Source: Actinomycetes bacterium | Lineage (GTDB): Bacteria > Actinomycetota > Actinomycetes > Streptosporangiales > Streptosporangiaceae | Assembly (NCBI GenBank): GCA_003242605.2 | Contig: QGUZ02000001.1 | Location: 1-57,082, forward strand | Length of the DNA: 57,082 nucleotides | Reading direction: 5' to 3' | In this document: positions 35,049 through 45,408 of the stretch, piece after piece | Numbering within the stretch: position 1 is the stretch's first letter | Layout: every line of letters begins with the position of its first letter | The notes under the pieces: generated by a model | What the model was told of the DNA's origin: nothing | What the model saw: the letters and a program-made list of their open reading frames with translations, nothing else | Database searches by the model: none | Position numbers and translations under genes: made by a program

Positions 35049-37427
35049 TCAGATCAGCCCGGGGAGGCCCTCGGCGCGGCCCGAGCGCTCCGTGGCTGGT
35101 TTGTTCGGGTCCGCCCGGTGTGCGGCACCGGGGGAGCCCGCGCGTCCGCCCGAGGGGCCGTCGGAGGGCCCGGGGGAGGCCTGGCCCGCCGGCCCGGCCG
35201 GGGCGAGCCGCCCGCGCACCATGCCGATCCCGGTGGCGAGGACCAGCGGCACCGCCAGGGCGAGCGCCATCGACAGCACGGCGATGCCCGAGTCGTTGAC
35301 GAGGGTGCCGATCACGCCGCAGGCGAGGGTTCCGGCGAGGCCCGCCCTGAGCATCGGGGACCGCTCGAACACGAGCGGGATGAGGCCCGCGCTGACCGTG
35401 CCGGGGCGCAGCACCGCGAACACCAGGAAGGCGAGCGCGGTGATCACGACCGGCAGCAGGTTGGGGTTGAGCATCGTGCCGAGCATCGCCTCCAGCTTGC
35501 GGACGATCACCGGCAGGAAGGTGCCGTCGGCCACCTCGCCGACGAAGCGGCCCAGATGGGTCTGGTCGGCCGGGGGACGCAGGTGGTCGAGGAACGCGAT
35601 CGCCATGATGAGCACGGCCCCGGCGGCGCAGAAGCCGCCGAGCCGGACCAGCGACACCCGCCCGCCCACGATCAGCAGCGCGGTGACCGCGATGCCCGGG
35701 AAGAAGGCGATCACGCCGCCGAAGTCGCTGCCGATCCCCGGCCAGCCGTCGAGCAGCATCGCCACCCCGCCGCACCCGGCGACGAGCCCCACCGCGGCCC
35801 GCGGCCGCCCCGCGGCCACCAGCCGTTCCGCGCCCGCGGCGGTGAGCAGCAGCACCGAGGTGGCGAGCAGCGCGAACGAGACGTTGCCGAGGCCGTAGTA
35901 GCGGCCGCCGACCACCGCGGTGTAGCCCATCAGGCCGTCGATCTGCAGCGTGGTGCCGGTGACCAGGTCGGCGAGGAGGACCGCGGCGGTGACACCCGCG
36001 ACCACCGCGGGGGGCCCGAACGGATGCCGCCGCCACGGGCCGGCGAGGGCCGCCGCGGTGAGCAGCGCGGTGAGCACGACCACGCCGCCGAGCAGCGCCG
36101 CCGTGGGCGCGGCCGCCCGGTCCCACGGGAACAGGTTCACCATCGAGGTCGAGATCGGGATCGACGCCACCGCCAGTGCCGCGACCCGCACGCCGCCGAG
36201 CCACCGCCGGCGGCGCAGCAGCACGAACGCGGCCGCGTAGAACAGCACCTGCACGGCCGCCACCCCGTAGAAGAAGTAGAACGTGGCGTTCCGCACGGTC
36301 TGCCCGCGCAGGTCGGCGCGGCGCAGCAGGTCCACCGCCTCCTCGAGCGGGGCGGCGGCGGTGATCGCCCACGGGGTGCCGATCACCCGGTCGGGCACCG
36401 CGATCCCGGCTCCGGAGAGCATCGTCGCGGTGATGTCCGGCAGCAGCACGATGTGGTCGCGGTGGGTGGAGGCCGCGCCGACGAGGTGCCCGGCGCCGCC
36501 CGGGGTGCGCCACATCGCCACCCGCAGGTGCGGCACGCCGCCGTGGTCGGAGAGCCCGGCGAGCAGGACGGCCGTGTCCGCCGGGAGCCGGGCGAGCACC
36601 TGCCCGACCTTCGCGTCGGCGGCGGCGACCGCCGCGGCCCGGCCGGCCGGGGGGAGCAGGTCGGGCTCCTTGGTGAGCGCGTCCCCGTCCAGGTACGGCC
36701 GGATCAGGTCGTCGACGTCCACCGCGAGCAGCGGGCAGCGCGACCACTCGGCCGCCGGCAGCGCCTCCGGGGTGGCGGCGTAGACGTCCACCCGGCCGTC
36801 GCCGTCGGCGAGGGCGAGCGCGGCGCCCGGGCCGACCGCGACCGTGCACCGCCCGGCCGCCCGCGCCGCGGCGCCCAGCGTGCCCGCGCCGTACCGGCCG
36901 TGCTCGCCGCGCAGCCGGGCGAAGCCGGGCACCACCGCGCCCGCGCCCGCCGCCTCCGGCTCCGGCGGCCCGGCGCAGGGGCCGCCGGTCGACGTGCGCA
37001 CGCCCGCCGACACCGTGAGCCAGCCGTCGTACGGGCAGGTGGCGGTGGCGACCGCGCGCGGCGAGAGCGTGCCGAGGGCGCTGTCGCGGGCGAGCCGCCA
37101 CAGGTGCGGGGTGCGCCGCGGCCCGATGTCGTTCCAGTGCAGCCCGGGCACGCCGATCAGAGCGACCCGCCGCGGATCGGGGGCGCCCGGCGGAGCGCCG
37201 TCCACCCCGTCGGCCCGGGCCGCGGCCGCCCAGGCGACGACGACGGCCAGCACGATCACGGCCGGCAGCGCCAGCACGCGCCTCACGATCGCCTCCCTCC
37301 CGCCCACGGCGGGTCCCAGCACCATGGGCGGAACCGCCCCTCGGCCCGGGGCGGACGGCGGCCCGCCGCGCCCCGCGGGCACGGCGGCGAGCGGCGCGGC
37401 CGCGCCCGTGGCCGTGTCACCTGACAC
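35049..37427 (-). CDS. Large hypothetical membrane protein (extracellular alkaline-phosphatase-like region plus many TMs); start uncertain
   Basis: VALIGVPGL.W.D, CPYDGWLT, GGRYYGLGN, GSDFGG, NDSG motifs; many hydrophobic helices. Confidence 0.7.
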   Translation of the reverse strand: MSGDTATGAAAPLAAVPAGRGGPPSAPGRGAVPPMVLGPAVGGREAIVRRVLALPAVIVLAVVVAWAAAARADGVDGAPPGAPDPRRVALIGVPGLHWNDIGPRRTPHLWRLARDSALGTLSPRAVATATCPYDGWLTVSAGVRTSTGGPCAGPPEPEAAGAGAVVPGFARLRGEHGRYGAGTLGAAARAAGRCTVAVGPGAALALADGDGRVDVYAATPEALPAAEWSRCPLLAVDVDDLIRPYLDGDALTKEPDLLPPAGRAAAVAAADAKVGQVLARLPADTAVLLAGLSDHGGVPHLRVAMWRTPGGAGHLVGAASTHRDHIVLLPDITATMLSGAGIAVPDRVIGTPWAITAAAPLEEAVDLLRRADLRGQTVRNATFYFFYGVAAVQVLFYAAAFVLLRRRRWLGGVRVAALAVASIPISTSMVNLFPWDRAAAPTAALLGGVVVLTALLTAAALAGPWRRHPFGPPAVVAGVTAAVLLADLVTGTTLQIDGLMGYTAVVGGRYYGLGNVSFALLATSVLLLTAAGAERLVAAGRPRAAVGLVAGCGGVAMLLDGWPGIGSDFGGVIAFFPGIAVTALLIVGGRVSLVRLGGFCAAGAVLIMAIAFLDHLRPPADQTHLGRFVGEVADGTFLPVIVRKLEAMLGTMLNPNLLPVVITALAFLVFAVLRPGTVSAGLIPLVFERSPMLRAGLAGTLACGVIGTLVNDSGIAVLSMALALAVPLVLATGIGMVRGRLAPAGPAGQASPGPSDGPSGGRAGSPGAAHRADPNKPATERSGRAEGLPGLI

Positions 37428-37552
37428 CCTGGCACAGATGATCAGCCGAGCCGAGGGGTTTGCGGACGCTCGTCCGCAACGATTCGATCAGCGGCCCGCC
37501 GGCCGGATCCGGGCGCGGTACGGCGGGGCCGGGGCGGCGCCCGCCGCGCGGA

Positions 37553-39148
37553 TCAGCCGGCGACGGTGATCCGGGCCGCCGCGCTCTCGTGGGTCAGCCG
37601 GTCGAGCGCGGTCACGTAGTAGGTGCCGCCGGAGCGGATCGGGTAGGACTGCCGCGCCCCGGCGGCCGCGGGCACCACCGCGACGAGGTTGCGCGCGGAC
37701 GCGGTCGCGCACTCGTCGCCCTTGCCGTCCACCCGGTAGATTGCGTACGCGCGGGCGCCGGGCGAGGAGGCCCAGCTGAGCGTGCCGCCCTCGGCCTTGA
37801 GGTCCGTCACCTTCGCGGGCGCCTTGCCGTCCAGGCCCTTGATCAGCGGCAGCAGCGCCGGGCGGCGGTAGTAGTCGGCGACGATGCGGTCGAACACGCC
37901 GAGCGGGTTGCTCAGCAGCTGCTTGGCGCTGAAGTAGACGTCGCCCTTCACCTCCGGCTGCTTGCGGTCGAGCCCGATGTGCGCGGGCAGCTCGCCCGCC
38001 TTGGCCCAGGCCGGCTCGTCCTTGGTGCCCACCCGGTACAGCGCCTGGCCGATGTACAGGTGCACGTCGGTGCCGCGCACCTCCTTGGCCCACCACGGCA
38101 GCAGCACCGAGTAGCTCGCCGCCTTGTTCGACCGCGACCAGTAGAGCTGGGGCAGGATGTAGTCCACCGTGCCGTTCTTGATCCAGTGCCGGGCGTCGGC
38201 GTGGATCGCGTCGTAGGCGGACATGCCGTTGGTCGCCGACCCGGTCGGGTCCTGCGCCTTGTTCCGCCAGATGCCGAACGGGCTGATGCCGAACTTCACC
38301 CAGCCCTTGGTGCGGTGCACGGCGGCCGAGACCTCGGCGACCAGCCGGTTGACGTTGTCCCGGCGCCACTCCGCCAGCGGCTTGCCCTTGCCGTACTTCC
38401 GGTAGGCGGCCGAGTCGTCGAACTTCGCCCCCTGGACGGGATAGGGGTAGAAGTAGTCGTCGAAGTGCACCCCGTCCACGTCGTAGCGGCGCACCACGTC
38501 GGTGACGACCTTGACGACGTGCTCGCGCACCTGCGGCAGGCCCGGGTTGTAGTAGGCGCGCCCGCCGTACTTCACCACCCAGCCGGGGTTGCGCCGGGCC
38601 GGGTGGTTCGCGGGCAGGGCGGAGAGGTTGGCGTCGTCCGCGGCCCGGTACGGGTTGAACCAGGCGTGGAACTCCAGGCCGCGCTTGTGCGCCTCGTCGA
38701 TGAGGAACGGCAGCGGGTCCCAGCCGGGGTCGCCGCCGGCCTTGCCGGTGAGGAACTGCGACCACGGCTCGAGCGAGGACCGGTAGAGGGCGTCCCCGGC
38801 CGGCCGTACCTGGACGAAGACGGCGTTGAGGCGGCGCTGCACCGCGGTGTCGAGGATGCGCCGGTACTCGGCCTGCTGCCGCTCCACGGACAGGCCGGGC
38901 TTCGACGGCCAGTCGATGTTGCGCACCGTCGCGATCCACACGCCGCGCAGCTCGCGCTTGGGGAAGGCGGCGTCGGCCGGGCACTTCTTCCGCGCGGACT
39001 CGGCGGAGGCGACGCTGGAGGTGGCCACGGCGGCCGGCTTCCGCTTCTCCTTCTCCTGCTCGGCCTGCGCCCGCGGCCCGAACGCGTACGCGGCCCCGGT
39101 CGTGGCGACGGCGATGAGGGTGGCGACAAGCAGCGGACGGTGGTGCAT
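37553..39148 (-). CDS. Secreted glycosyl hydrolase-like 10 (YddW/YngK family) protein
   Basis: ELRGVWIATVRNIDWPS, QVRP.GDALY, EFHAWFNPYR, DGVHFDDYFYPYP, PQLYW. Confidence 0.9.
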   Translation of the reverse strand: MHHRPLLVATLIAVATTGAAYAFGPRAQAEQEKEKRKPAAVATSSVASAESARKKCPADAAFPKRELRGVWIATVRNIDWPSKPGLSVERQQAEYRRILDTAVQRRLNAVFVQVRPAGDALYRSSLEPWSQFLTGKAGGDPGWDPLPFLIDEAHKRGLEFHAWFNPYRAADDANLSALPANHPARRNPGWVVKYGGRAYYNPGLPQVREHVVKVVTDVVRRYDVDGVHFDDYFYPYPVQGAKFDDSAAYRKYGKGKPLAEWRRDNVNRLVAEVSAAVHRTKGWVKFGISPFGIWRNKAQDPTGSATNGMSAYDAIHADARHWIKNGTVDYILPQLYWSRSNKAASYSVLLPWWAKEVRGTDVHLYIGQALYRVGTKDEPAWAKAGELPAHIGLDRKQPEVKGDVYFSAKQLLSNPLGVFDRIVADYYRRPALLPLIKGLDGKAPAKVTDLKAEGGTLSWASSPGARAYAIYRVDGKGDECATASARNLVAVVPAAAGARQSYPIRSGGTYYVTALDRLTHESAAARITVAG

Positions 39149-39317
39149 GGTCCCCAAGTCTGGCACCGCGCCCGCCATGGCACGGTCGGAAAACCGTTTT
39201 GATTCACGAAGACAAACCGGATCGTTGCCCAAATTAGGGACAGGTCGGGGCGACCGCGCGCGGGCACGGCCGCCCCGGCCCGCCGTGATCCGGCCGGAAC
39301 CGTCCGGCCCGGGGGCG

Positions 39318-41483
39318 TCAGCTCGCCGCCTTCATCTCACCCGTCACCTTCTCGGCCAGGTGCTGCGGCAGCGGCTCATAGCGCAGGAAGGACCGGGTGA
39401 AGGTGCCGGTCCCGTGCGACATCGAGCGCAGGTCGATCGCGTAGCGGATGATCTCCAGCTCGGGGACCTCGGCCTTGATCAGCGTGCGGCCGGTGCCGCC
39501 GACCGGCTCGGTGCCGAGCACCCGGCCGCGCCGCGCGGACAGGTCCGACATGATCGTGCCGACGTAGTCGTCGGGCACGAGCACGGAGACCTCGTCCACC
39601 GGCTCCAGCAGCAGCATCGGCGCCTTCGCCGCGGCCTCCTTCAGCGCGAGCTGCCCGGCGATCTGGAAGGCCATGTCCGAGGAGTCCACCGAGTGCGCCT
39701 TGCCGTCGTAGAGCGTCACCCGGATGTCCACCACCGGGTACCCGGCGACGAGCCCGCGCTCCATCTGGGTGCGGATGCCCTTCTCCACCGACGGGATGAA
39801 CTGGCGCGGGATCACACCGCCGACGATCTGGTCGACGAACTCGAAGCCGCCGCCGGACGGCAACGGCTCCACCCGGATGTGGCAGATCGCGTACTGGCCG
39901 TGGCCGCCGGTCTGCTTGACGTTGCGGCCCATCGCCTCGGCCGGGCCGCCGAAGGTCTCCCGCAGCGGCACCCGCAGGTCGACCTTCTCCACGCCCACGC
40001 CGTGCCGCTTCTCCAGCCGCTCCAGCAGCACGTCGGCGTGCGCCTCGCCCATGCACCACAGCACGAGCTGGCGGGTCTCGGAGTTGTTCTCCAGCCGCAG
40101 CGTCGGGTCCTCGGCGACCAGCCGGTTCAGTGCCTGGGACAGCTTGTCCTCGTCCGCCTTCGACCTGGCGCGGACCGCCACCGGCAGCAGCGGCTCGGGC
40201 ATCGTCCAGGCGGTCATCAGCAGCGGCCGGTCCTTGTCGGACAGCGTGTCGCCGGTCTCCGCCCGGGACAGCTTCGCGATCGCCACCACGTCACCGGCGA
40301 TCGCCTTGCCGATCGGCCGCTGGTGCTTGCCGAGCGGGCAGGAGAGCGCGCCGATCCGCTCGTCGACGTCGTGGTCCTCGTGCCCGCGGTCGGCGAGGCC
40401 GTGCCCGGAGACGTGCACCACGGTGTCCGGGCGCAGCGTGCCGGAGAACACCCGCACCAGGCTGATCCGGCCCACGTACGGGTCGCTCGTCGTCTTGACC
40501 ACCTCGGCGACGAGCGGGCCGTCCGGGTCGCAGGTGATGTCGGTCACCGGGGTGCCGTCGATCGTGGTGATCTCGGGCAGCGGGTGCTCCAGCGGCGAGG
40601 GGAAGCCCTGCGTGATGCCGTCGAGCAGCTCGACCAGGCCCACCGCCGGGCCGGTGCCGGGGGCCGCGCAGACCGGCAGCACCGGGTAGAAGCCGCCGCG
40701 GGCGACCGCCTTCTCCAGGTCCTGGATGAGCATCTTGGGGTCGAGCTCCTCGCCCGCGAGGTAGCGGTCCATGAGGGACTCGTCCTCGCTCTCCTGGATG
40801 ATCCCCTCGATGAGCTCGCCCCGGTAGGTCTCGATCGCGTCGGCGTACGCCGGGTCCGGCTCGCGCTCGGTGCGCTTGCCGCTCGAGTAGTCGTAGAAGG
40901 TCTGGGTGAGCAGGCCGATCAGCCCCTGGACCCGCTGGTCGCTCACCACCGGGAGGTAGAGCGGGGCGACCCCGTCGCCGAAGGCGTCCTGGCAGCTCGC
41001 GAGGACCTCGTCGAAGTCGGCCCGCTGGTGGTCGAGCTTGGTGATCACGACGGCGCGCGGCATGCCGACGGCCGCGCACTCCTCCCAGAGCATCTTGGTG
41101 AGGCCGTCCACGCCCTCCGCCGCCGAGACGACGAAGAGCGCCGCGTCGGCCGCCCGCAGCCCGGCCCGCAGATCGCCGACGAAGTCGGCGTAGCCGGGGG
41201 TGTCGAGAAGGTTGATCTTGATGCCGTTGTGCACGACCGGCGCGAGCGAGAGGTTCACCGAGCGCTGCTGGCGGACCTCGACCTCGTCGTAGTCGCTGAC
41301 CGTGGTGCCGTCCTCGACCCGGCCGGCGCGCGTGATGGTGCCGGTCGCGGCGAGCAGCGCCTCGACCAGCGTCGTCTTGCCCGATCCGGAATGGCCGACC
41401 AGCACGACGTTGCGCACCTTCTCAGGCCGGTCGGCCTCGGGTGCCCTGCCGGCGACTCCCGCTGCCCCTGACTTCTCCGCCAC
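39318..41483 (-). CDS. fusA2: Elongation factor G-like protein EF-G2
   Basis: GHSGSGKT, DTPGYADF, TKLD, KQTGGHGQY, DGKAHSVDSSDMAF; GGAGG SD. Confidence 0.93.
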   Translation of the reverse strand: MAEKSGAAGVAGRAPEADRPEKVRNVVLVGHSGSGKTTLVEALLAATGTITRAGRVEDGTTVSDYDEVEVRQQRSVNLSLAPVVHNGIKINLLDTPGYADFVGDLRAGLRAADAALFVVSAAEGVDGLTKMLWEECAAVGMPRAVVITKLDHQRADFDEVLASCQDAFGDGVAPLYLPVVSDQRVQGLIGLLTQTFYDYSSGKRTEREPDPAYADAIETYRGELIEGIIQESEDESLMDRYLAGEELDPKMLIQDLEKAVARGGFYPVLPVCAAPGTGPAVGLVELLDGITQGFPSPLEHPLPEITTIDGTPVTDITCDPDGPLVAEVVKTTSDPYVGRISLVRVFSGTLRPDTVVHVSGHGLADRGHEDHDVDERIGALSCPLGKHQRPIGKAIAGDVVAIAKLSRAETGDTLSDKDRPLLMTAWTMPEPLLPVAVRARSKADEDKLSQALNRLVAEDPTLRLENNSETRQLVLWCMGEAHADVLLERLEKRHGVGVEKVDLRVPLRETFGGPAEAMGRNVKQTGGHGQYAICHIRVEPLPSGGGFEFVDQIVGGVIPRQFIPSVEKGIRTQMERGLVAGYPVVDIRVTLYDGKAHSVDSSDMAFQIAGQLALKEAAAKAPMLLLEPVDEVSVLVPDDYVGTIMSDLSARRGRVLGTEPVGGTGRTLIKAEVPELEIIRYAIDLRSMSHGTGTFTRSFLRYEPLPQHLAEKVTGEMKAAS

Positions 41484-41842
41484 TTCGCCTCCTGGTGACT
41501 CGGAGGGCCGTGCCCGGATCGGAGAGCCTCGCCTCGCCGTGTGTTTCCCGGCCGTTCTCGTGGCCGCCGCCAAGCGTTCCGGTGGCGCCCGCTAGACTTC
41601 CGGGAGTCCGCCTCCTTTCCCGTTGGTCCGGCTCGGCTCGTCGCCCGGACGCGACCACGCTGTCTCACCACGTTGTCTCGCTGCCACGCCCGGCGCCCCC
41701 AGCCGGACGCGCGCAGTGGGGGTATCGCTCGTGTGTCTCACCCTTTACCCATACGGCGGCTATCACAAGAGCCTGACGGTAAAAGTGCGGAATCAGACAC
41801 GGATATCGGCCCGTGCTCGCGGTGTCCTACGATCGGACGGCA

Positions 41843-42445
41843 ATGCTCAACGTCCTTCGTCCCACCGTGAGCCGCGTGCTGAACCCCGTGGGCCGGGCGC
41901 TCGCCGACCGCGGGGTCAGCCCCAACATGGTGACCGCCGCCGGCACGCTCGGCACGGTCGCCTCCGCGCTGTACTTCTTCCCCCGGGGTGAGCTCGTGTG
42001 GGGGGCGCTCGCCGTTGCCGTGTTCGCCTTCTCCGACATGATCGATGGGGCGGTGGCCCGCGCGAGAGGGGGAACCGGCAGCAGGTGGGGCGCCTTCCTC
42101 GACTCCAGCCTCGACCGCATCTCCGACGCCGCGATCTTCTCCGCGCTGACCTGGCACTTCTTCACCGACGGACAGCCGGTGCTCGCCGGGGTGACGCTGT
42201 TCTGCCTCGTGGCCGGGATGCTCGTCTCGTACGTCAAGGCCCGGGCCGAGGGACTCGGCATGACCTGTGACGTCGGCCTCGCCGAGCGCCCCGAGCGGCT
42301 CGGCGTGGTGCTGCTGTCCGCGCTCCTCGGCGGCCTCGGCGTGCCGTACCTGCCCGCCGCCGGGCTGTGGCTGCTCGCCGTGGCGAGCGCGTACACCGTG
42401 GTCCAGCGCCTGCTCCATGTGCGGCGTCAAGCGATGACACAATGA
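41843..42445 (+). CDS. pgsA: Phosphatidylinositol phosphate synthase (CDP-alcohol phosphotransferase)
   Basis: SPNMVT, DMIDGAVARARG...GAFLDSSLDR motif, VSYVKARAE; upstream of patA-pimA. Confidence 0.92.
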   Translation: MLNVLRPTVSRVLNPVGRALADRGVSPNMVTAAGTLGTVASALYFFPRGELVWGALAVAVFAFSDMIDGAVARARGGTGSRWGAFLDSSLDRISDAAIFSALTWHFFTDGQPVLAGVTLFCLVAGMLVSYVKARAEGLGMTCDVGLAERPERLGVVLLSALLGGLGVPYLPAAGLWLLAVASAYTVVQRLLHVRRQAMTQ

Positions 42446-42658
42446 AGGTCAACAGAGGCCAACGCCGCCGCCCCGGGCGCCGGGTGCGGCGGCGTCGCCG
42501 CGCCGCCGGAAGGCCCGCGGGCGCGCGGTGCGCACGGCGGGGGAGAGCGCCGTAGGGTCGGTGCTGAATCCGGCCCGTACGGCCCGGCCGGGCCGCCGCG
42601 GCGGGCGGGACGGGGCCGGGTGGACCACCGCGTGGACGACCGTATGGGGTGAATCGCG

Positions 42659-43621
42659 CTGATCGATCGCATCGTCGCCGCCGCCCTCCACGCCGGATGG
42701 GTGCTGGTGCCGCGCCTCCCCGAGCGGGTGGCCGCCTGGATCTTCCGGCTCATCGCCGACGTCCTGTGGCTGCGGCAGGGCAAGTCGGTGCGGCGGCTGC
42801 AGTCGAACTACGCCCGGGTGCTCGGCTGTGACCCGGCCGACCCGCGGGTGCGCCGGCTGGGCCGGGCGGGCGTGCGCTCCTACATGCGCTACTGGATGGA
42901 GGCGCTGCGGCTGCCCGCGATGAGCCGGGAGCGCATCCTCGCCGGCACTCGCATCATCGACGGCGAGATCATGTTCAAGTACCTCGACCGGGGGCAGGGC
43001 GCGGTGATGGCCCTGCCGCACATGGGCAACTGGGACCTCGCCGGCGCCTGGCTGGTGCACAAGGGGCACCCGTTCACCACCGTGATGGAGCGGCTCAAGC
43101 CCGAGTCCCTGTACGAGCGGTTCGTCGCCTACCGGGAGGGGCTCGGCATGGAGGTGCTGCCGCTCACCCGCCGGGAGGGCGGCAGCGCGGGCGCCTTCGG
43201 CGTGCTGGCGCGGCGGCTGCGCGAGGGGCGCCCCGTCTGCCTGCCCGCCGACCGGGACCTCACCGCCACCGGCGTGGAGGTGGACTTCTTCGGCGCCCGC
43301 ACCCGCATGGCGCCCGGCCCGGCGCTGCTGTCCATCCAGACCGGCGCGCCGCTGATCCCGGCCGCGATCTGGTTCGAGAAGGACGGCTGGGGCGTGCGGA
43401 TCTTCGACGAGATCCCCGTCCCCGAGCACGGCACCCGCCAGGAGAAGGTCCAGATCATGACCCAGGCGATGGCGCGGGCCTTCGAGAAGGGCATCGCCGA
43501 GCACCTGGAGGACTGGCACATGATGCAGCGCCTGTGGCTCGACGACCTCGAGCCGCGTCCCGCGCCCGCCGGGGCCGCCGAGTCCGCTGCGGACCCCAAC
43601 CCCCCTGCGAGCGGGACATGA
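42659..43621 (+). CDS. patA: Phosphatidylinositol mannoside acyltransferase
   Basis: SYMRYWMEALRLP, LPHMGNWD, ERLKPE, ADRDL, DWHMMQ; probable CTG start at 42659 (first GTG is 42701). Confidence 0.9.
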   Translation: MIDRIVAAALHAGWVLVPRLPERVAAWIFRLIADVLWLRQGKSVRRLQSNYARVLGCDPADPRVRRLGRAGVRSYMRYWMEALRLPAMSRERILAGTRIIDGEIMFKYLDRGQGAVMALPHMGNWDLAGAWLVHKGHPFTTVMERLKPESLYERFVAYREGLGMEVLPLTRREGGSAGAFGVLARRLREGRPVCLPADRDLTATGVEVDFFGARTRMAPGPALLSIQTGAPLIPAAIWFEKDGWGVRIFDEIPVPEHGTRQEKVQIMTQAMARAFEKGIAEHLEDWHMMQRLWLDDLEPRPAPAGAAESAADPNPPASGT

Positions 43622-44751
43622 GGATCGGAATCGTCTGCCCCTACACCTGGGACGTGCCGGGCGGGGTGCAGGCGCACGTGCGCGACCTCGCCGAGGCCCT
43701 GATCGCCGACGGCCACCACGTGTCGGTGATCGCCCCCGCGGCCGACGACGCGCCGCTGCCGCCGTACGTGGTGCCCGCGGGCCGCGCGGTGCCGGTGCCG
43801 TACAACGGTGCGGTGGCCCGGCTCGCGTTCGGCTTCCTGTCGGCGAACCGGGTGCGCAAGTGGGTGCGCGAGGGCCGCTTCGACGTGCTGCACGTGCACG
43901 AGCCGCAGGTGCCCTCGCTGGGCCTGCTCGCCTGCTGGGTGGCGCGCGGCCCGATCGTCGCCACCTGGCACTCGTCGATCCCGCGCTCCCGGATGCTCGC
44001 CGTCGGCGCGCCGATGCTGCAGAGCGCCCTGGAGAAGATCACCGGCCGGATCGTGGTCTCCGAGGCCGCCCGCAAGACGCTCGTCGAGCACCTCGGCGGC
44101 GACGCCGTGATCATCCCCAACGGGGTGACCGTCGACCGGTACGCGCACGGCGAGCCGCTGCCCGGCTGGCGGGACAAGGGCGAGGTGATCGGCTTCCTCG
44201 GCCGCATCGACGAGCCGCGCAAGGGCCTGCCCGTGCTGCTCGACGCGTTCACCATGCTCGCCCCCGAGCGGCCGAACCTGCACCTGCTCATCGCCGGGCC
44301 CGGCGACGGGGACGAGGTGCGCGAGCGGGTACCCGCCGCCTACCGCGACCGGGTGGCCCTGCTCGGCATGGTGAGCGAGGAGGACAAGGTCCGGGCGTAC
44401 CACTCGGTGGACGTGTTCTGCGCCCCCAACCTCGGCGGGGAGAGCTTCGGCATCGTGCTCGCCGAGGCGATGGCGGCCGGCGCGCCGATCCTCGCCAGCG
44501 ACATCCCGGCGTTCCGCCGGGTGCTGGGCGAGGGGCAGGCCGGCGCGCTGTTCGAGACCGGCAACCCCGCCTCGCTCGCCCGGGAGGCCGCCCGGCTGCT
44601 CGACGACCCCGAGCGGCGGGCGAAGCTGTCCGACGAGGCGCGGGTCGCGGTGCGCCGGTACGACTGGTCGACGGTGGCGCGCGACGTGCTGCGCGTGTAC
44701 GAGACGGTGACCGCCGCCCAGGCGGGCGTCACCGAGGACGAGGACCGGTGA
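43618..44751 (+). CDS. pimA: Phosphatidyl-myo-inositol mannosyltransferase (GT4)
   Basis: MRIGIVCPY.WDVPGGVQ.H, HVHEP, EPRKG, GGESFGIVLAEAMAAG. Confidence 0.95.
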   Translation: MRIGIVCPYTWDVPGGVQAHVRDLAEALIADGHHVSVIAPAADDAPLPPYVVPAGRAVPVPYNGAVARLAFGFLSANRVRKWVREGRFDVLHVHEPQVPSLGLLACWVARGPIVATWHSSIPRSRMLAVGAPMLQSALEKITGRIVVSEAARKTLVEHLGGDAVIIPNGVTVDRYAHGEPLPGWRDKGEVIGFLGRIDEPRKGLPVLLDAFTMLAPERPNLHLLIAGPGDGDEVRERVPAAYRDRVALLGMVSEEDKVRAYHSVDVFCAPNLGGESFGIVLAEAMAAGAPILASDIPAFRRVLGEGQAGALFETGNPASLAREAARLLDDPERRAKLSDEARVAVRRYDWSTVARDVLRVYETVTAAQAGVTEDEDR

Positions 44752-44811
44752 ACGGGGAACGATGACGACCGCACTGGTCAGGGCATGGTCCGCCGGTGAG
44801 CGGAGGCGGCC

Positions 44812-45354
44812 GTGAACGCGACGCTGATCCTGGTGGTGGGCGTGATCGTGGTGCTCACCGCCGTGTACATCTCCTGGCGGGCCGGGCGGCTCGACCGGAT
44901 GCACATCCGGCTGGAGACCGCCCGCGAGGCGATCGACGCCGCCCTGGTACGGCGGGCCGCGGTCGCCCTCGAGCTCGCCGCCTCGCGCATCCTCGACCCG
45001 GCGACGAGCCTCGTGCTCGCCACCGCGGCCCACCACGCCCGCACCGCCGGGCCGGAGGAGCGCGAGCTCGCCGAGAGCGACCTGTCGAAGACGCTGCGCG
45101 CGGTGGTGGACCAGGAGCGGTTCCGCGAGCGCATGGCCGAGGCCCCGGGCGGCCCGGAGCTCATGGCCGAGCTCGACGCCGCGGTGAAGAAGGTCGTCTA
45201 CTCGCGCCGCTTCTACAACAACGCGGTCGCGGTGACGCGGGCGGCGCATCGCCGCTGGCTGGTGCGCACGCTCCGGCTCGCCGGTCATACCGAGTTGCCG
45301 CAGTTCTTCGAGATCGACGACGATCCTCCGAAGACGTTCACAACAGAGAAGTAA
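44812..45354 (+). CDS. Conserved LemA-like membrane-anchored protein
   Basis: N-terminal TM, RLDRMH, RELAESDLS, RRFYNNAV; typical position after pimA. Confidence 0.75.
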   Translation: MNATLILVVGVIVVLTAVYISWRAGRLDRMHIRLETAREAIDAALVRRAAVALELAASRILDPATSLVLATAAHHARTAGPEERELAESDLSKTLRAVVDQERFRERMAEAPGGPELMAELDAAVKKVVYSRRFYNNAVAVTRAAHRRWLVRTLRLAGHTELPQFFEIDDDPPKTFTTEK

Positions 45355-45408
45355 GTCAACGTCAGTAAACTTCTTCCCAATTTCCGGAGCATTGGGAGGA
45401 GTTTTGCG

